From Eledone cirrhosa (taxonomy: Eukaryota): 64,000 nt of DNA. Below the pieces are notes generated by a model. That model was not told the origin of the DNA and did no database searches. It worked only from the letters and a program-made list of their open reading frames with translations. The stretch is from assembly GCA_964016885.1 (NCBI GenBank), contig OZ024765.1:15376001-15440000 (forward strand), read 5' to 3'. The position numbers and the translations under genes are program-made. Every line of letters starts with the position of its first letter. Positions within the stretch are counted from its first letter, which is position 1. Below, piece after piece: positions 30,058 through 42,432 of this stretch.

Positions 30058-31190
30058 TAGCAACTAATAGCGCTGCGATCGAATGTGGCTTTTTAGCCCA
30101 GCCAATGATCTAAAATGTCTTGCACAGAGTCGGCAACCAAAACATTTACTGGGAATAGTCGGCTGTGGTTGGAGTTCGTGTACTTTTGCATGTCGCTTGA
30201 GCCCTCCTGCTGATTTACATTCTCTACCACATGTTTGGCAAGCATGATGAGTAGCATCTCCAACAGCAGCCTGGTAGTAAACCACTGGTCTTACTTTATG
30301 ACTGCGAAGATGACTTTCGAGTCCAGCTTTGCTTAGGCAGAGTCTCGCGCATACGCTGCATGTCAGCACCATAGGAGGACCCTCGCCGTCTGGAAGTGCA
30401 ACAGCAATGCCCTTCCTCACATCCCGCTTTACTTTCTCGTATGCGATTCGAGATGCCTCAAAGGCAACTTTTCCCTCATATACAGTCTTTCTCCATTTAT
30501 TACGATCAGCAGCAATATTCTCCCATGTATCAGCAGAGATGTTAGCGTCTTTCAGAGAGGCTTTCAAGGAATCCTTATACCTCTTTTTTGGTTTATGTGG
30601 CGGTCGTTTTCCTTTAACCAACTCTCCATAAAAGAGTTGTTTTGGTATTCTAGAATCCTTCATCCTGGCAAGGTGACCACTCCAACGGAGTCGTTGCTTA
30701 AGCACAAGAGCTTCTATACTGTCACACATAGAGCTTTCCAAAATCTCGACATCACTGATGTGGTCCCTCCAGTGAACGCCATGGATCCGTCTGAGACACA
30801 TCTGATGGAAACGCTCCAATTGCTTAAGGTGGTGTCGATATGTGACCCAGGTCTCGCAGGCATAAAGAAGACAAGAGAGCACACATGCCCTGTACACCTT
30901 TACCTTTGTCCTCCTGCATATGTCTCGCCGACCCCAGAGTCGCCTTTCTAGCTTTCCGAAAGCATCACTTGCTTTCCTAATCCTAAGTGAGATTTCACTG
31001 TCAAGGTTGCTGTATCGATCGACAGTGCTTCCCAGGTAGACAAACTGATCAACCACTCCAAGTCGTTTGCCATACACATAGATGTTTGGTTCAGTGTACT
31101 GCTTACCAGGGGCAGGTTGGTACATGACGACGGTTTTCTTGAGACTGACAGTCAGACCTAGGGCAGTGCAAGCGTCAGAAAATTGCAGAT
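29741..31190 (-). mobile_element. 5'-truncated RTE-clade LINE; 3' UTR split by microsatellites
   Basis: ORF at 30064-31190 plus the 3' terminus TCGTGCAATGGCCATACTCGATAACGAGGGGGCAGCCATC at 29741-29782. Confidence 0.88.
30064..31190 (-). pseudogene. RTE ORF C-terminal half (RT thumb region plus three C2H2-type zinc fingers)
   Basis: Motifs GLTVSLKKT, FVYLGS, LLYACETW, RLRWSGHLARM, RIPKQLFYGEL and DRNKWR. Fingers CSVC..SHLRSH, CQTC..RHAKVH and CRLC..SHIRSQ (last His lost). Confidence 0.9.
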
Positions 31191-31221
31191 TGTATATATA
31201 TATATACACATACATATATAT

Positions 31222-31429
31222 ATTTATTAAAATTAAAGTTTAAGCAAAGAATCGTTGCTTTCACCCTGAAATGGATCTTCTGAAGCCGTTAAGTGTGAAA
31301 GCAGCGATTCTTTTCTTAAACTTTAATCTGTTATTTTAATAAATATTTGCTCTACGGTTCTTATATATTTGATATATATTTATCCTTATCGAGCCCTCTT
31401 TGGATTTTAGTCTTCAAATTTATTATTAT

Positions 31430-31430
<1 letters not shown>
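31222..31430 (+). mobile_element. Fold-back insert, family H
   Basis: Arms ~31232-31264 and 31294-31327, plus outer ATTTATTAAAAT/ATTTTAATAAAT; spacer CTGAAGC...GTGAAAG (decayed hammerhead-like); (TA)n flanks. Confidence 0.6.
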
Positions 31431-31473
<43 letters not shown>

Positions 31474-31593
31474 TTTGTTGGAGAGATATAACATATACGG
31501 AAGCGAAAACCAACCCAAACTAAACAGTGAGTGTATTTTATTATATATTTCTGGCAATGTTATAAAATGACCCTCCCCAAATATAACTATATA

Positions 31594-31628
<35 letters not shown>

Positions 31629-31644
31629 GTGTGTGTGTGTAACT

Positions 31645-31842
31645 CAAGTGCTACTGGTAATTTATAACGCAGTACATCTGTCACAATGTCCGGTCGTCGG
31701 GAACTAAACCAACAATCCCACCAAGTGTGTTTTGTTGTTATTTTATTGATTTATTTATTTTTTTGTTACCATGCTGGATGAAAAACAGAACCCGACAAAA
31801 AGCAAAATTGTGGATCAACTCATGTGAGTCAATGGTCGTCCA
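31645..31842 (+). mobile_element. Degenerate RTE-type 5' UTR fragment
   Basis: GTGCTACTGGTAA...CAGTACA..GGTCGTCGG.AACTAAACC..CCCACCAAG aligns to the reverse complement of 59975-60160. Confidence 0.6.
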
Positions 31843-31845
31843 TTA

Positions 31846-31958
<113 letters not shown>

Positions 31959-32752
31959 TATATATACAAGGAAAAGAAATCGAAAATTAAGGCAAAAATG
32001 TAAATCATCCTTTCAAACGACGTAGAGTTGTGTATCTTTTTCGTGTTATTTTATCTGTTAAACAATAGAAAAGAAACTGAGATCCTGGCGCCATCTTAGA
32101 TTTTTAATTTTTCTTTCGTAATAGATTCGTATTTGCTGCCTTACCCAACGAAGAATCCGAGTAGTCACTTTTCATATCGTGTTGGCACATTAAATTTAAT
32201 TCCTATATTTTTATTACGTTTGTAGCCAATTCCATTACCTTAAACCTTCAAATATTCAACACTAAATTTGTCATAAAATTTCATAAAATTTCCTATATTT
32301 AACACACAGAAAGCCACAGGCTTATAATTTCATGCACACTCGTAAACACGAACACACATGTATATTAACTTACATTACAGAATTCTGATGGTGAGTGTAT
32401 TTAGCAATAAATGCTGATATACGAAGATAAATGTTTATATTTATCGCTAGATTGTCCTATATTCAAATATTCAAAACCCTTCTGGTATCGCCTAAGCCTG
32501 TCTTCTATTGATGGATAAACGAAATAAATATGAGAATTTTTGTAAACTAAGAATCAAGATGGCCAACCAGCTTAGCATTTTGTTAACCCGCTTGAAGAAT
32601 TAGCCGCTGGCTTCGACAACATTCAAATAAATGTCAAGAAAGATATAGATGTAGTGGTAGTTAAGAAGATTGCTTGTTGTTGTGATCTGATGTAGCTTGT
32701 ATATATGATTCGGTTGGTCATTGTAATGTGGCAGAAGTTGTAGTAGGAACTG

Positions 32753-32866
32753 TTAGATTGCTGGGTTCCATGAGTTGTTCTCTCTCATATAAAGTGCTGT
32801 GTGCATGTTTGTGACTTGTGGCTTGTCTTTGTGTCTCAGTGAGACGAGATGTGTGGTCGCCAGAGC
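32753..32866 (-). other. Candidate terminal exon of an unknown spliced transcript
   Basis: Acceptor tttcaactacag|G; phase-0 frame open for 37 codons to TAA. Confidence 0.25.
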
Positions 32867-32964
32867 CTGTAGTTGAAATTTGTAGGTTGAAAGCGAAATT
32901 GCCATTAGCAATATTCAATGACCAACGCCGTTATTTTAATCACTCAATGTGGTTGGTTGGCAGT

Positions 32965-33145
32965 AAGGCGGTTGATTGGCAGTATCGGTAGAGCGTCAGA
33001 CACCATCTTTTTCAGCATAGAGTTATGGCCCTTTACGTTCTGAGTTCAAATTCCGCCGAGGTTAGCCTTACGGGGTCGATAAGATAAAGTACCAGTAATG
33101 CACTGGGATAATTGCTGCCCTTTTGCCAAAAGTAGAAACAGTTAT
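32965..33145 (+). mobile_element. tRNA-derived SINE
   Basis: Same consensus as the 13.7-15 kb cluster, with an internal deletion. Confidence 0.85.
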
Positions 33146-33175
33146 TTTAATCATTCTTATTAAGAGATTACTTAC

Positions 33176-33271
33176 GTCGACGTTATGATAACACGGGAAA
33201 ATCAACAAAGAGTCAAGGTGAAATCGTGCATTACGTGTATATGATGGGTTTGGCGTGGAAGCCGTAGTAGC
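33176..33271 (-). other. Candidate internal exon (96 nt)
   Basis: Strong acceptor cctcttttcag|G and perfect donor |gtaagt; non-repetitive sequence; phase 0 is open. Confidence 0.4.
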
Positions 33272-33429
33272 CTGAAAAGAGGCGTGGAACAAACCTTTGT
33301 CGGAATTCAACGGAAGTATGACTGTCTGGCTTTGATGACAGAATGGGCCGAGATCCAACGGAGGAAATCTGTTGTCGTTGACAATAAGCAGATGGCCTCA
33401 AGATTGATTGATTCGGCCGAGTTTACATT

Positions 33430-33660
33430 CGAAAAGATTCAGCACGCTTTCTCCAATCGTCCCGGTAGAGCATGACATTTCTCAGTTCATCGATGTTATC
33501 AATGTTGACATCTCTCAGCAGGGTATCAATGAATGAGACGGCCTGTCTTCCCACACTTCTTCATCTGACCGTCGGTTTCCTGAGCACAAGTTGTGATGCT
33601 ATCTCTTCTGGATGACAGATGCAGTGCCCAGCCAGTTTCATTCGTCTGCAGGCAACTTTT
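33430..33660 (-). mobile_element. RTEX/RTE-type LINE 3' fragment
   Basis: RRMKLAGHCICHPEEIASQLVL.KP...GRQAVSFIDTLLRD...ELRNVMLYRDDWR, with one stop. Confidence 0.8.
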
Positions 33661-33850
33661 TTTTAGATTGGTGGCCACAAGAAAACTATATTATTCCAGA
33701 CAGTTTGATAATATAAGTCCCCAATATAAAGAAAGTACTATACGCCAGCTAATGTACATGAGTAATTTCTTATCTATGAGATCAGTGCATATGTTATTTC
33801 GTCAACCGGGGGAACAATTGTTCAAATCTCTCTGCTTAGATTTCGCTACA

Positions 33851-34298
33851 CCTATATACTACTAAAACTCTGTGATTGCTTGCTTGCTTTTCTGTAATGT
33901 AATACAGCCAAAAAGGCGCATAATATGAAAATATTTTGAAAGAAAGTTGACCTTGAAATGGAGATACAAATGGAATAAAACGAGTTTCGCGTAAATCGGA
34001 GCACGGGTTCCCGAGATATGGGTTTCTTTTCCGAGTACCTTCATAAATAGAGAGAGAGAAAGATATACTGGTTGTGAGAGAGTAGATTGAAAGAGAGACA
34101 AATAGAGGGAGAGGAGATAGTGTTGGAGGATGGAAGAGGGAGAGAGAGCTGGTGGTGGTGGTGGTGTGTACATGTGCGTGTGTGTATAACCAATGTATAT
34201 AGACCACAGACACCCACATATATATTATTTTTAAGTGAACATGATTCTTTAAAAATATTTTGAAGTGAACGTGACCCAACGGGTCACGGGTGGTCTAG
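33851..34298 (+). mobile_element. Non-autonomous Helitron
   Basis: The 3' end has hairpin CGTGACCC-aac-GGGTCACG followed by CTAG; the 5' end is CCTATATACTACTAAAA (TC changed to CC); it sits between A and T with no TSD. Confidence 0.75.
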
Positions 34299-34444
34299 TA
34301 TGTACTAAAGCCGGTACATCTGTATGTTTAGAGACTCACCATCAGTAAATATTTGTTGCTATTTACATACCTATAAATTTTACCACCCAACATTTTTCTC
34401 TCTCCCTCACCTGTCATCTCTCTCTCTCTCTCTCTCTCTTTCAA

Positions 34445-34748
34445 TATATATATGTATGTGTTTATTACTTTACAGATTTCAGTCATTAACTACGACCATG
34501 CTTGGGCACTGCTTTGATTTGATTAGTCATTTCAACCCCAGAATGTAGTTTTTTAAGTCTGGTACTTATTTTATTGGTCTATATTTTGTTGAAACACCAT
34601 ATATGGGGTGTGGGGCGTCAATGGATTCTGCAGTTTTGCTCCACCAAATTCGACTAACAAGATATTGACCAGTCCAAGATTATAGTGAAAGACACTTGCC
34701 CAACGTGCTGCCCAGCGGGACTGAACCCAGAATCACATGGTTGCGCTT
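34445..34748 (-). mobile_element. Older tRNA-derived SINE of a second family
   Basis: Minus strand GGTTCAGTCCC...TTGGGCAAGTGTCTT...AATAAAATAAGTACCAGACTT. Confidence 0.65.
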
Positions 34749-34749
34749 A

Positions 34750-34779
<30 letters not shown>

Positions 34780-34781
<2 letters not shown>

Positions 34782-34960
34782 GGGCGGTGGATTGGCAGTT
34801 TCGGTAGATGGTCGGACGCCTTGCTTTGTAACAAAGTGTTACGTCCCTTTACAGTCTGAGTTCCATTCCCGCCGAGGTTAAATGTGCCTTTCATCCTTAC
34901 GGGAAATACACTGGAATAATTGCTGGCCTTGTGCCAAAAGTAGAAACAATTATTATTATT
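34780..34960 (+). mobile_element. tRNA-derived SINE
   Basis: Consensus head GGCGGTGGATTGGCAG and tail GTAGAAAC(AATT)(ATT)n. Confidence 0.85.
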
Positions 34961-34974
34961 ATTAATAGGTGGAT

Positions 34975-37335
34975 GAATGTGGTGAGAGTGGCCCGTGTGA
35001 GTAGGCCTACTCTGACCATGTGCCTGTAGGCTGGATAATTTGAGAAGGAGAGGGGTGCCCTAGAAGAGGTAATGGCAGCAAAGGAGAGGAAAACGCTGAA
35101 ATATCGATGCATTTAGGTCAAATCTCGAAAATCCGAGACAGCCTCCGAAGGGCAGGTTGAAGGGGCACTGAAATGAATCAATAACGAGGACATAGACCAT
35201 ATAACAAGGGCCAAACAATTTGGGAGCATCTTCAAAACTGAGGCCCTTGCTATCAAACATTATGTGGTCCCCTGCAAAACGGACCAAATGATTATGTACC
35301 CGTCCTACATGGGGAACAGGACAGTAAGGGTCCGTGTTCCCAGGATTTCGCCAGGACTGAACTTATGGTAGCTCCTGGCATGCGCGGTGGTAGAGGACCA
35401 TGGTACCCACCCCGACGTCAAGTTCACAAAGAGGGTGATGTGGTCCGGGACTGGTTTCGTAAACACACTCCCTCTCGCTTCTGATTGAGAGTCCCCAGAC
35501 ACCAGTACCTCCACATCTTCAAGTGAAGGTGAAGATTAGGTGGAACCCCCCAAAAAGCTAAAAAAAAAGAAAGAAATATTCAGCTCCACACATACCAACA
35601 AGCAAATACAGACACACCCACAGCAAATACAGACACACCCACAGCAAATACAGACACACCCACAGCAAATACAGACACACCCACAACAAACACAGACACA
35701 CCCACAGGACCATCACCACAATCACAAATGCCAAACAAAAGAAAACACACGTATACACCACACGGACACACCCAACTGCGCGATACTAAGAAGGGGTAAC
35801 AAAAACCTCATGGCCATTGTAACACACAGTCAAGACATTGACAGAGAAGGAGAGATTGTTGGCACCTGCAACTTAAAAGTGCTGCGGATAGTGAGGATGC
35901 CTATAAAGACTTATGAACAAATTAAGGAGAGCTTTACCGACGACATGGTGACCCCAAATGTGAAAAACTAAGTAGGCTTTTAAAGGGATTCCCAACACAG
36001 ATTTCCACGTGCGCACAAGCTCCCATTTTCGATGACTATCAGATCTAGTCGGCCGAGAATGGGAGGTGGGGTGGCGGTGCTGTTTAGGAAAGGCCTAGAT
36101 CTCGAGATAGGTCGATCTACTGGGATCCGGATGGTAAGTTGGTGGTCCTGGACGTGGACAATAGCGAAGGTGGTTCCTTTAGACTGGTGGCCGTCTACGC
36201 TCCTACCGGGGCCGGGCTGCCGGACTCCTTTAGGCGCCTGGAAGCCGTTCTGGGAACGTCTCACCCTTTACTGTTAGCGGGGGACTGGAACGGCATCATA
36301 GACACAAGCTGGGATTGCGTCGGAGTAGCTGATGGGAGCGGAGGGTGCAAAAGACTCAAGTACCTGATCAACCCGTACCTAATCAGCCAGTACCTGGTCA
36401 ACATAGTTAGGACCTGGTTACTGGAAGCTGAACATGTCGTTTCCGGCATGTAAGGCCTACAGAGACAGGGTCAACAATTTAGTTAAGCAAATGTTGACAG
36501 GGAGGGTTGTCAACAACAGGTGGTGGGGGTGCTCTGAAAAGAGATTAGAGCAATATCGATAGGTTTTAGCAAAGAAGTAGCTTTAGAGAAGAATAGAGAG
36601 GAGGGGGAGCTGGTAGCTAAATCAGACGAGGCGATTTGTAGTGGCATTGCAACTAACATACTAGCGGCGAGAATGGCATTAGATCATTCCTTCAATAAAA
36701 AAAACACGAAGATTGTATTGTCAGAGCTAAGGCACGTGCTCTAATAAACAAGGGAAACAAAGCTGTTCGATGGGCCCGCCTGGCAAAGGCGCAGTGTGGT
36801 AACAAAACCACAATTCAGTCTTTGACGGACCAAGATGGACACGAGCTGAACGATTCCAGGCAGATGTGTGAGGCCTTTCACCAGCACTTTGCTCGGCTGT
36901 TCGGTGGGAGTGGCGGGTCAGAGATACTAGCAGATTTCCGTCCCTATCTCGACGGCCTACCACGTCTCTTGACTGCCAATTCACTACGAAAGACCGACAA
37001 CGTCGGCCGAAATTCGGGATGCCCTCGTCGGTTGACGCGGTGCAAGTCACCCAGTTTGGATGGTCTGCCCTACGAGCTTTATGTAGATATGCTAGACTTG
37101 TTCTCCGTTCTCCTCGAAGCGGTCTACTGCAACTGGCACCAGAACGGGAGTATTCCGAGTTCTGTGAATCCGGGCGTAGTGTCGCTAATGAGGAAAGACG
37201 AAAACAAGATAACTTCAGGCCAAAGTTTTAGCGAAGAGGTTGGCACTTGTCGTCGAGGATTTGGTAGGAGGGGCGCAAACTTGGTCAATCTCAACCAGGT
37301 CCATACACGACAACCTCTACCTCATGCAATACATC
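34975..37335 (+). mobile_element. Decayed Tx1-clade LINE (ORF1 remnant, APE endonuclease, RT N-terminus)
   Basis: GGGVAVLFRKGL, FRLVAVYAPT, LLLAGDWN and KSPSLDGLPYELY in shifted frames; a 21-bp tandem repeat at 35600-35705. Confidence 0.85.
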
Positions 37336-37599
37336 ATATTGAGGGTGTAAACCTGGCTTGTAAAAATTCTGCCAATGCACTATACTGATGCAAACTAGTG
37401 AAATTTATTGGTGTGTATAGTTGGAACTGGTTAATTTATCTCAAACTGGTGAAGCTCCTCGGTAGCACTGCCAGGTCAGGGGTTTCTGAAATATGTCCAT
37501 GAGACCCAACCCGAATATTCTCCCTAAGAAATTGGCTAGTTTATTTTCATCGACGCCCAGAATCTCCCCAAGGACGCCGTCGCTCTGCGCCCTAAACTA

Positions 37600-39130
37600 A
37601 CCCTCTATATAACGATAAGGTGGAGTTTCCACCGATCACAGTGCCCGATTGACTGAAGGCTGTGAGTGCTTGAAGATATTCCAGTCCTCTCAGTCTTCGC
37701 TTGACCCAGGACAGTAGCTCCGTCAAGGAGACGAGCTGGGGAAAACGTGTTTAACAAACGGCGATCACACCTGCTCACCATCAAGGAAGAGCTGGAGATG
37801 CCGTAGCCTGAGCGCATGTTTGAGCATCGTCAGCCACGACATGCCCAGGCATTCACGTAGCGAGTGTTGACTGCAGATTGAACATCTGACCATCGGAGCG
37901 CGTCTCTTCCACAAAAAGTGAAAGAGCAAACGTTCCAGCGCTGTCAGGCGAGGCTTAGGACAAGGCACGACGGTCAGGTGGTAGCAGATGATGTACGCGT
38001 TCGCCAGCCCTACCCTCCCATTCGGGGATAGTTTCAACTCGGCCCATTTCTAGGTGAGAGAAGCCACACTGCTCATCACCTCGTCCCAGTTTTTGCCCGT
38101 CTGCAGGTCCGGACCAAATTAGAACCCTAGCGATTTAACCGGTCCGTCTGGCCAGCACCCAACGACGCTGTTGAACGGCATGGTCCTGCCTCTCCAGGTG
38201 CCGATCCACAGGCAATACGTACAACAGGGATGAGAGGGGATATCCTTGGTGGACCGAGCGCATGATGTTGAACCATTCCGCAAGGTGACCGTCAGAGAGC
38301 ATATGTCACTGTGCATGGCAGTGATCCAGTCTCTGAAGAGGAGCCCAAAGCCGGCCGCCAAATACCGATGGTCGACCATATCAAAAGCTTTCGACTGATC
38401 TAAATTGATCAAAGCTCCACCCGTGCCAGGTTCGTTAGCTACCCTCTCCAGGATGTATTGCGTGAGGTGGAGGTTGTCGTGGATGGATGTGTCTGAAATG
38501 GCGCATGTCGTCGCCTCACCCACCAGACAATCGACGACAAACGCCAACTTCGTCGCTAGCATCTTGGCCAAAATCTTGAACTCTGCTAAAAGCAGAGTCA
38601 TGGGCTGAAATTATCTATGCTGTCCTCCGTTTTGGGTCCTTACTCAACAGCTCTACTGCTCCTCGGCTCACAGAGCTTGGAATTCTCCCGTTCTGCTGGC
38701 AGTTGCAGTAGACGTCTGCCAAGATGTCACCCAATACGTCTGGCATATGAACGTAAAGCTCGTAGAGCAGACCATCCAAACCAGGCGATTTACCCATTGT
38801 GCAGTCAGTCATTGCCTCCCGTACTTCAGTGGCTGTTATCGGTTTTTCGCAACACTCCGCCTCAGTGGCTAAGAGCCACGGTAGACCCTCGAGGTAGGCA
38901 CTAAAGTTCCCCCCGCGGTCGGACCCACCAATGTCCCCAAACAGCTGAGCGAAGTGCCACTGAAAAGCCGCGCACATTTGCCCGAGGTCAAGTAATATGA
39001 GCTCGAATACCGGATCGTGGATTTGTTGTCACGACGCACCTCTGCCACTCGGGCCCATTGAACGGCTTTCGCCCCCTCGTGTCTGAGAACATACGCCCTA
39101 GTTCTGAAACGCAGCCTTTGTACTTTACGT
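37600..39130 (-). mobile_element. Decayed Tx1-clade LINE ORF2
   Basis: KSPGLDGLLYELY, TLLLAEFKILAK, IHDNLHL, ALINLDQSKAFDMVDH and LERLLFHFLWK. Confidence 0.85.
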
Positions 39131-39339
39131 TGAATAATTTTTCGAGGACCTTACTGGTGTTGATGTTGTTGGTAGTTGTGGTGGCGGCATTGATGGTCCG
39201 GTTTATATTTGTGTTAGTTGTGTGTGGTGGTGGTGGCGCTGGTGCTTGGCTCCTGCTAGTTAAATGTTTAACACAGCCGGTTGTTTCACTTCTGCTGATT
39301 GAAACATGACTGTTCTTTTCATTAAACATACCGCTGTTC

Positions 39340-39385
39340 CTTTTACCGGACGTAATTATGACGTCCGCCATGTTTGTTTTTGTTT
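39340..39385 (-). promoter_or_regulatory. Promoter-like motif cluster (YY1-like AACATGGCGG, TGACGT half sites)
   Basis: CCGGACGTAATTATGACGTCCGCCATGTTT is CpG-dense and has a GGACGT/ACGTCC dyad. Confidence 0.25.
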
Positions 39386-39604
39386 TTTGTTCAAAAATTG
39401 GGGAGCGTGTTTGTGAAAAAACATCAATTTAGCTCCGAAGGGCCGCAGATATGGAAAAAAAGATCACTTCACACCGAAACTGAGTCCCTTATCTCCAAAT
39501 CAATAATAAAATATTTCAGATAAAAAACGCTGTCAATAGAATATTGACAAATCTCACGAACTCATAAAGAATGTCTCCGTACTCAAACAAACAATAATAA
39601 TAAT

Positions 39605-40110
39605 GATGGTATCAGATTTAGGCACATTTTTCGGGGACGGGAAAGTCGATTAAATCAACCCCAGTGGTACTTTATTTTATCGACCCCGTTAGGATGGAAG
39701 GCAAATAATAATAATTGTTTCTACTTTTCGCACAAGGTCAGTAATTACCCCAGTGCATTACTGGTACTTCGACCGTGTAAGGATGAAAGGAAAGTTAACC
39801 TCGACGGGATTTGAACTCAGAACGTAAAAGGCCATAACACTATGCTGACGCTCTACCGATACTGCCATAATGAAAGGTGTGAAAGAGATGTTCCATTACA
39901 ATCCTATTTCGTCTTTAAAGTGAACTTGGAGGCCTATTAGAAATACAAAAACAAAATCACTGAACTGATGTTATAAAGAAACTAATGAAGATATTCATTA
40001 TATTCCACAAAGTTGACCTCGACGGGATTTGAATTCAGAACGTAAAGGGACGCAACTGTGCTGGAAAGCATGGTGTCCGACCCTCTACCGATACTGCCAA
40101 TTCACCACAC
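39605..40110 (-). mobile_element. SINE fragments (3)
   Basis: Reverse complements of the SINE consensus. Confidence 0.8.
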
Positions 40111-40378
40111 TGTTATAAAGAAAATGAAGATATTCATTATATTCCAGAAAGTTGATTGGAAAGTTCATTGTTAATTAACACGCCATTAATCTATCATTGC
40201 TGCCATTGGGAGCGAATTATTTATCAAATTCACTTTCCATTCTCTACGGTTGTTTGAAATGTTTCTTTCACTTTAGTGGGATTTTCATATCTCACTTTAA
40301 CAACATTTAACAAGGAGATTCTTCTTCTTTGCCTTCTTCTTCTTGCCACAATATGCCTTCTTTTCACATGTTACTCAC

Positions 40379-40423
40379 CTCAAAAGGATTCCTATCTGAA
40401 GAAGCCATCAGACATACCGACAT
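40379..40423 (-). other. Candidate first coding exon (MSVCL)MASSDRNPFE
   Basis: ATG at 40408 (alternative at 40423) followed by a perfect GAG|gtgagt donor in phase 0. Confidence 0.35.
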
Positions 40424-40649
40424 ATTGTTTTTAATACAAATATTAAACGGATCTAATATCACTCGATATCTGTTCAATCATTAGATAAAAGCTTAATGTC
40501 GGATAAACTCGATTAAAAATAAATTTAATTGTGCGATGAGTAACAAAGATCCGTTTAATTTGTACAATTCTTTCGCTCTCCAAAATGTTCTCGACAAGGT
40601 CGATAACTTTATTATCTATAATTATTAAATATTCAAGGTGGTGAATTGG

Positions 40650-41275
40650 TTAAGGCGGTGAATTGGCAGTATCGGAAGAGCGTTAGGCGCCATGCTTTGC
40701 AGCATAGAGTTATGACACCATTACGTTCTGAGTTCAAATCCCGCCGAGGTTAACTTTGCCTTTCATCTTTACAGGGTCGGGAAAATACAGTACCCCTAAT
40801 ATATTGGGATAATTGTTGGCCTTGTGCCAAAGGTAGAAACAATTATCAAATATTTCTGTATGGTGCGGAGTTGGCAGTATCGGCAGAGAGTCGGACGCCA
40901 TGCTTTGCAGCATACAGTTACGGCCCTTTACAGTCTGAGTTCAACTCCGCTGACGTTAGCTTTGACTTTCATCCTGACATCTGGGGTCGATTTAATCGAA
41001 TTTCCCTCCCCCCAAAATTGCTGGTCTTGCGCCTATAGTAGAAAGAATTATTAAACCTTTCTGACGCTGGATTTGGAGTGTCGGTAGAAGGTCAGCCATG
41101 ATTTGTGGCATATATTTACATCGGTTTACGTTCTGAGTTAAAATCACGCTGAGGGTAACTTTGTCTTTCATCTTTATGGGGTCGATAAAATAAAGTACCT
41201 GTAATGCTCTGGGTTCGATTTAATCAACTTTCCCTTCTCCTCAAATTGTTGGCCATGTGCCTAGATCAGAAATCA
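40650..41275 (+). mobile_element. Three tandem tRNA-derived SINE copies
   Basis: Consensus matches at ~40650-40850, 40860-41053 and 41065-41275. Confidence 0.88.
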
Positions 41276-41489
41276 CTAGTAAATACTAACATTCCATTGT
41301 AGTTTTATTTCTAGGCAAACATGTTCACTATTTTACAAATGAAACCACATTCACCCTAACGTTTAACAAGATAAAACTTCTATTTTCCTCGACTCCTGAA
41401 AACGAAGAATTCCCCTTCCAATCTTTAAAGAAATCAATTTAAAGATTCAGAAGTCCACGCATTCCCAGTTTTTCCACATCCCATATTTC

Positions 41490-42432
41490 CACAATATGCC
41501 AACAGCATGTCAGAATATGTTCACATTCCGCAGTATGTCCACAACATGTCATCAGTATGTCCTCAGTATGTCCACATATGTCCTCAGTATGTCCACATAT
41601 GTCCACAATATGTCCACAATATGTCCACAGTATGTCCACAATATGTCCACAGTATGTCCACAATATGTCCACAATATGTTCACAGTATGTCCACAATATG
41701 TCCACAGTATGTCCACAATATGTCCACAATATGTCCACAATATGTCCACAATATGTCCACAGTATTCCACAATATGTCCACAATATATCCACAATATGTC
41801 CACAATATGTCCACAATATGTCCACAATATGTCCACAATATGTTCACAATATGTCCACAATATGTCCACAATATGTCCACAGTATTCCACAATATGTCCA
41901 CAATATATCCACAATATGTCCACAATATGTCCACAATATGTCCACAATATGTTCACAATATGTCCACAATATGTCCACAGTATTCCACAATATGTCCACA
42001 ATATGTCCACAATATGTCCACAATATGTCCACAGTATGTCCACAATATGTCCACAATATGTCCACAATATGTCTACAATATGTCCACAATATGTCCACAG
42101 TATGTTCACAATATTTCCACAGTATGTTCACAACATTTCCACAATATGTCCACAATATGTCCACAATATGTCCACAATATGTCCACAATATGTCCACAAT
42201 ATGTCCACAGTATGTCCACAATATGTCCACAGTATGTCCACAGTATATCCACAATATGTCCACAATACGTCCTCAGTATGTTCACAATACGTCCTCAGTA
42301 TGTTCACAGTATGTCCCCAATATGTCCATAGTATGTTCACAATATGTCCTCAGTATGTTCACAGTATGTCCCCAATATGTCCATAGTATGTTCACAATAT
42401 GTCCTCAGTATGTCCACAGTATTTCCACAGTA
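41490..42432. repeat. 11-bp minisatellite
   Basis: Unit TCCACAATATG with variants. Confidence 0.97.

Noticed and set aside
30064-30365. Host C2H2 zinc-finger gene
   Set aside because: The fingers are in frame with an RTE ORF and lack TGEKP linkers.
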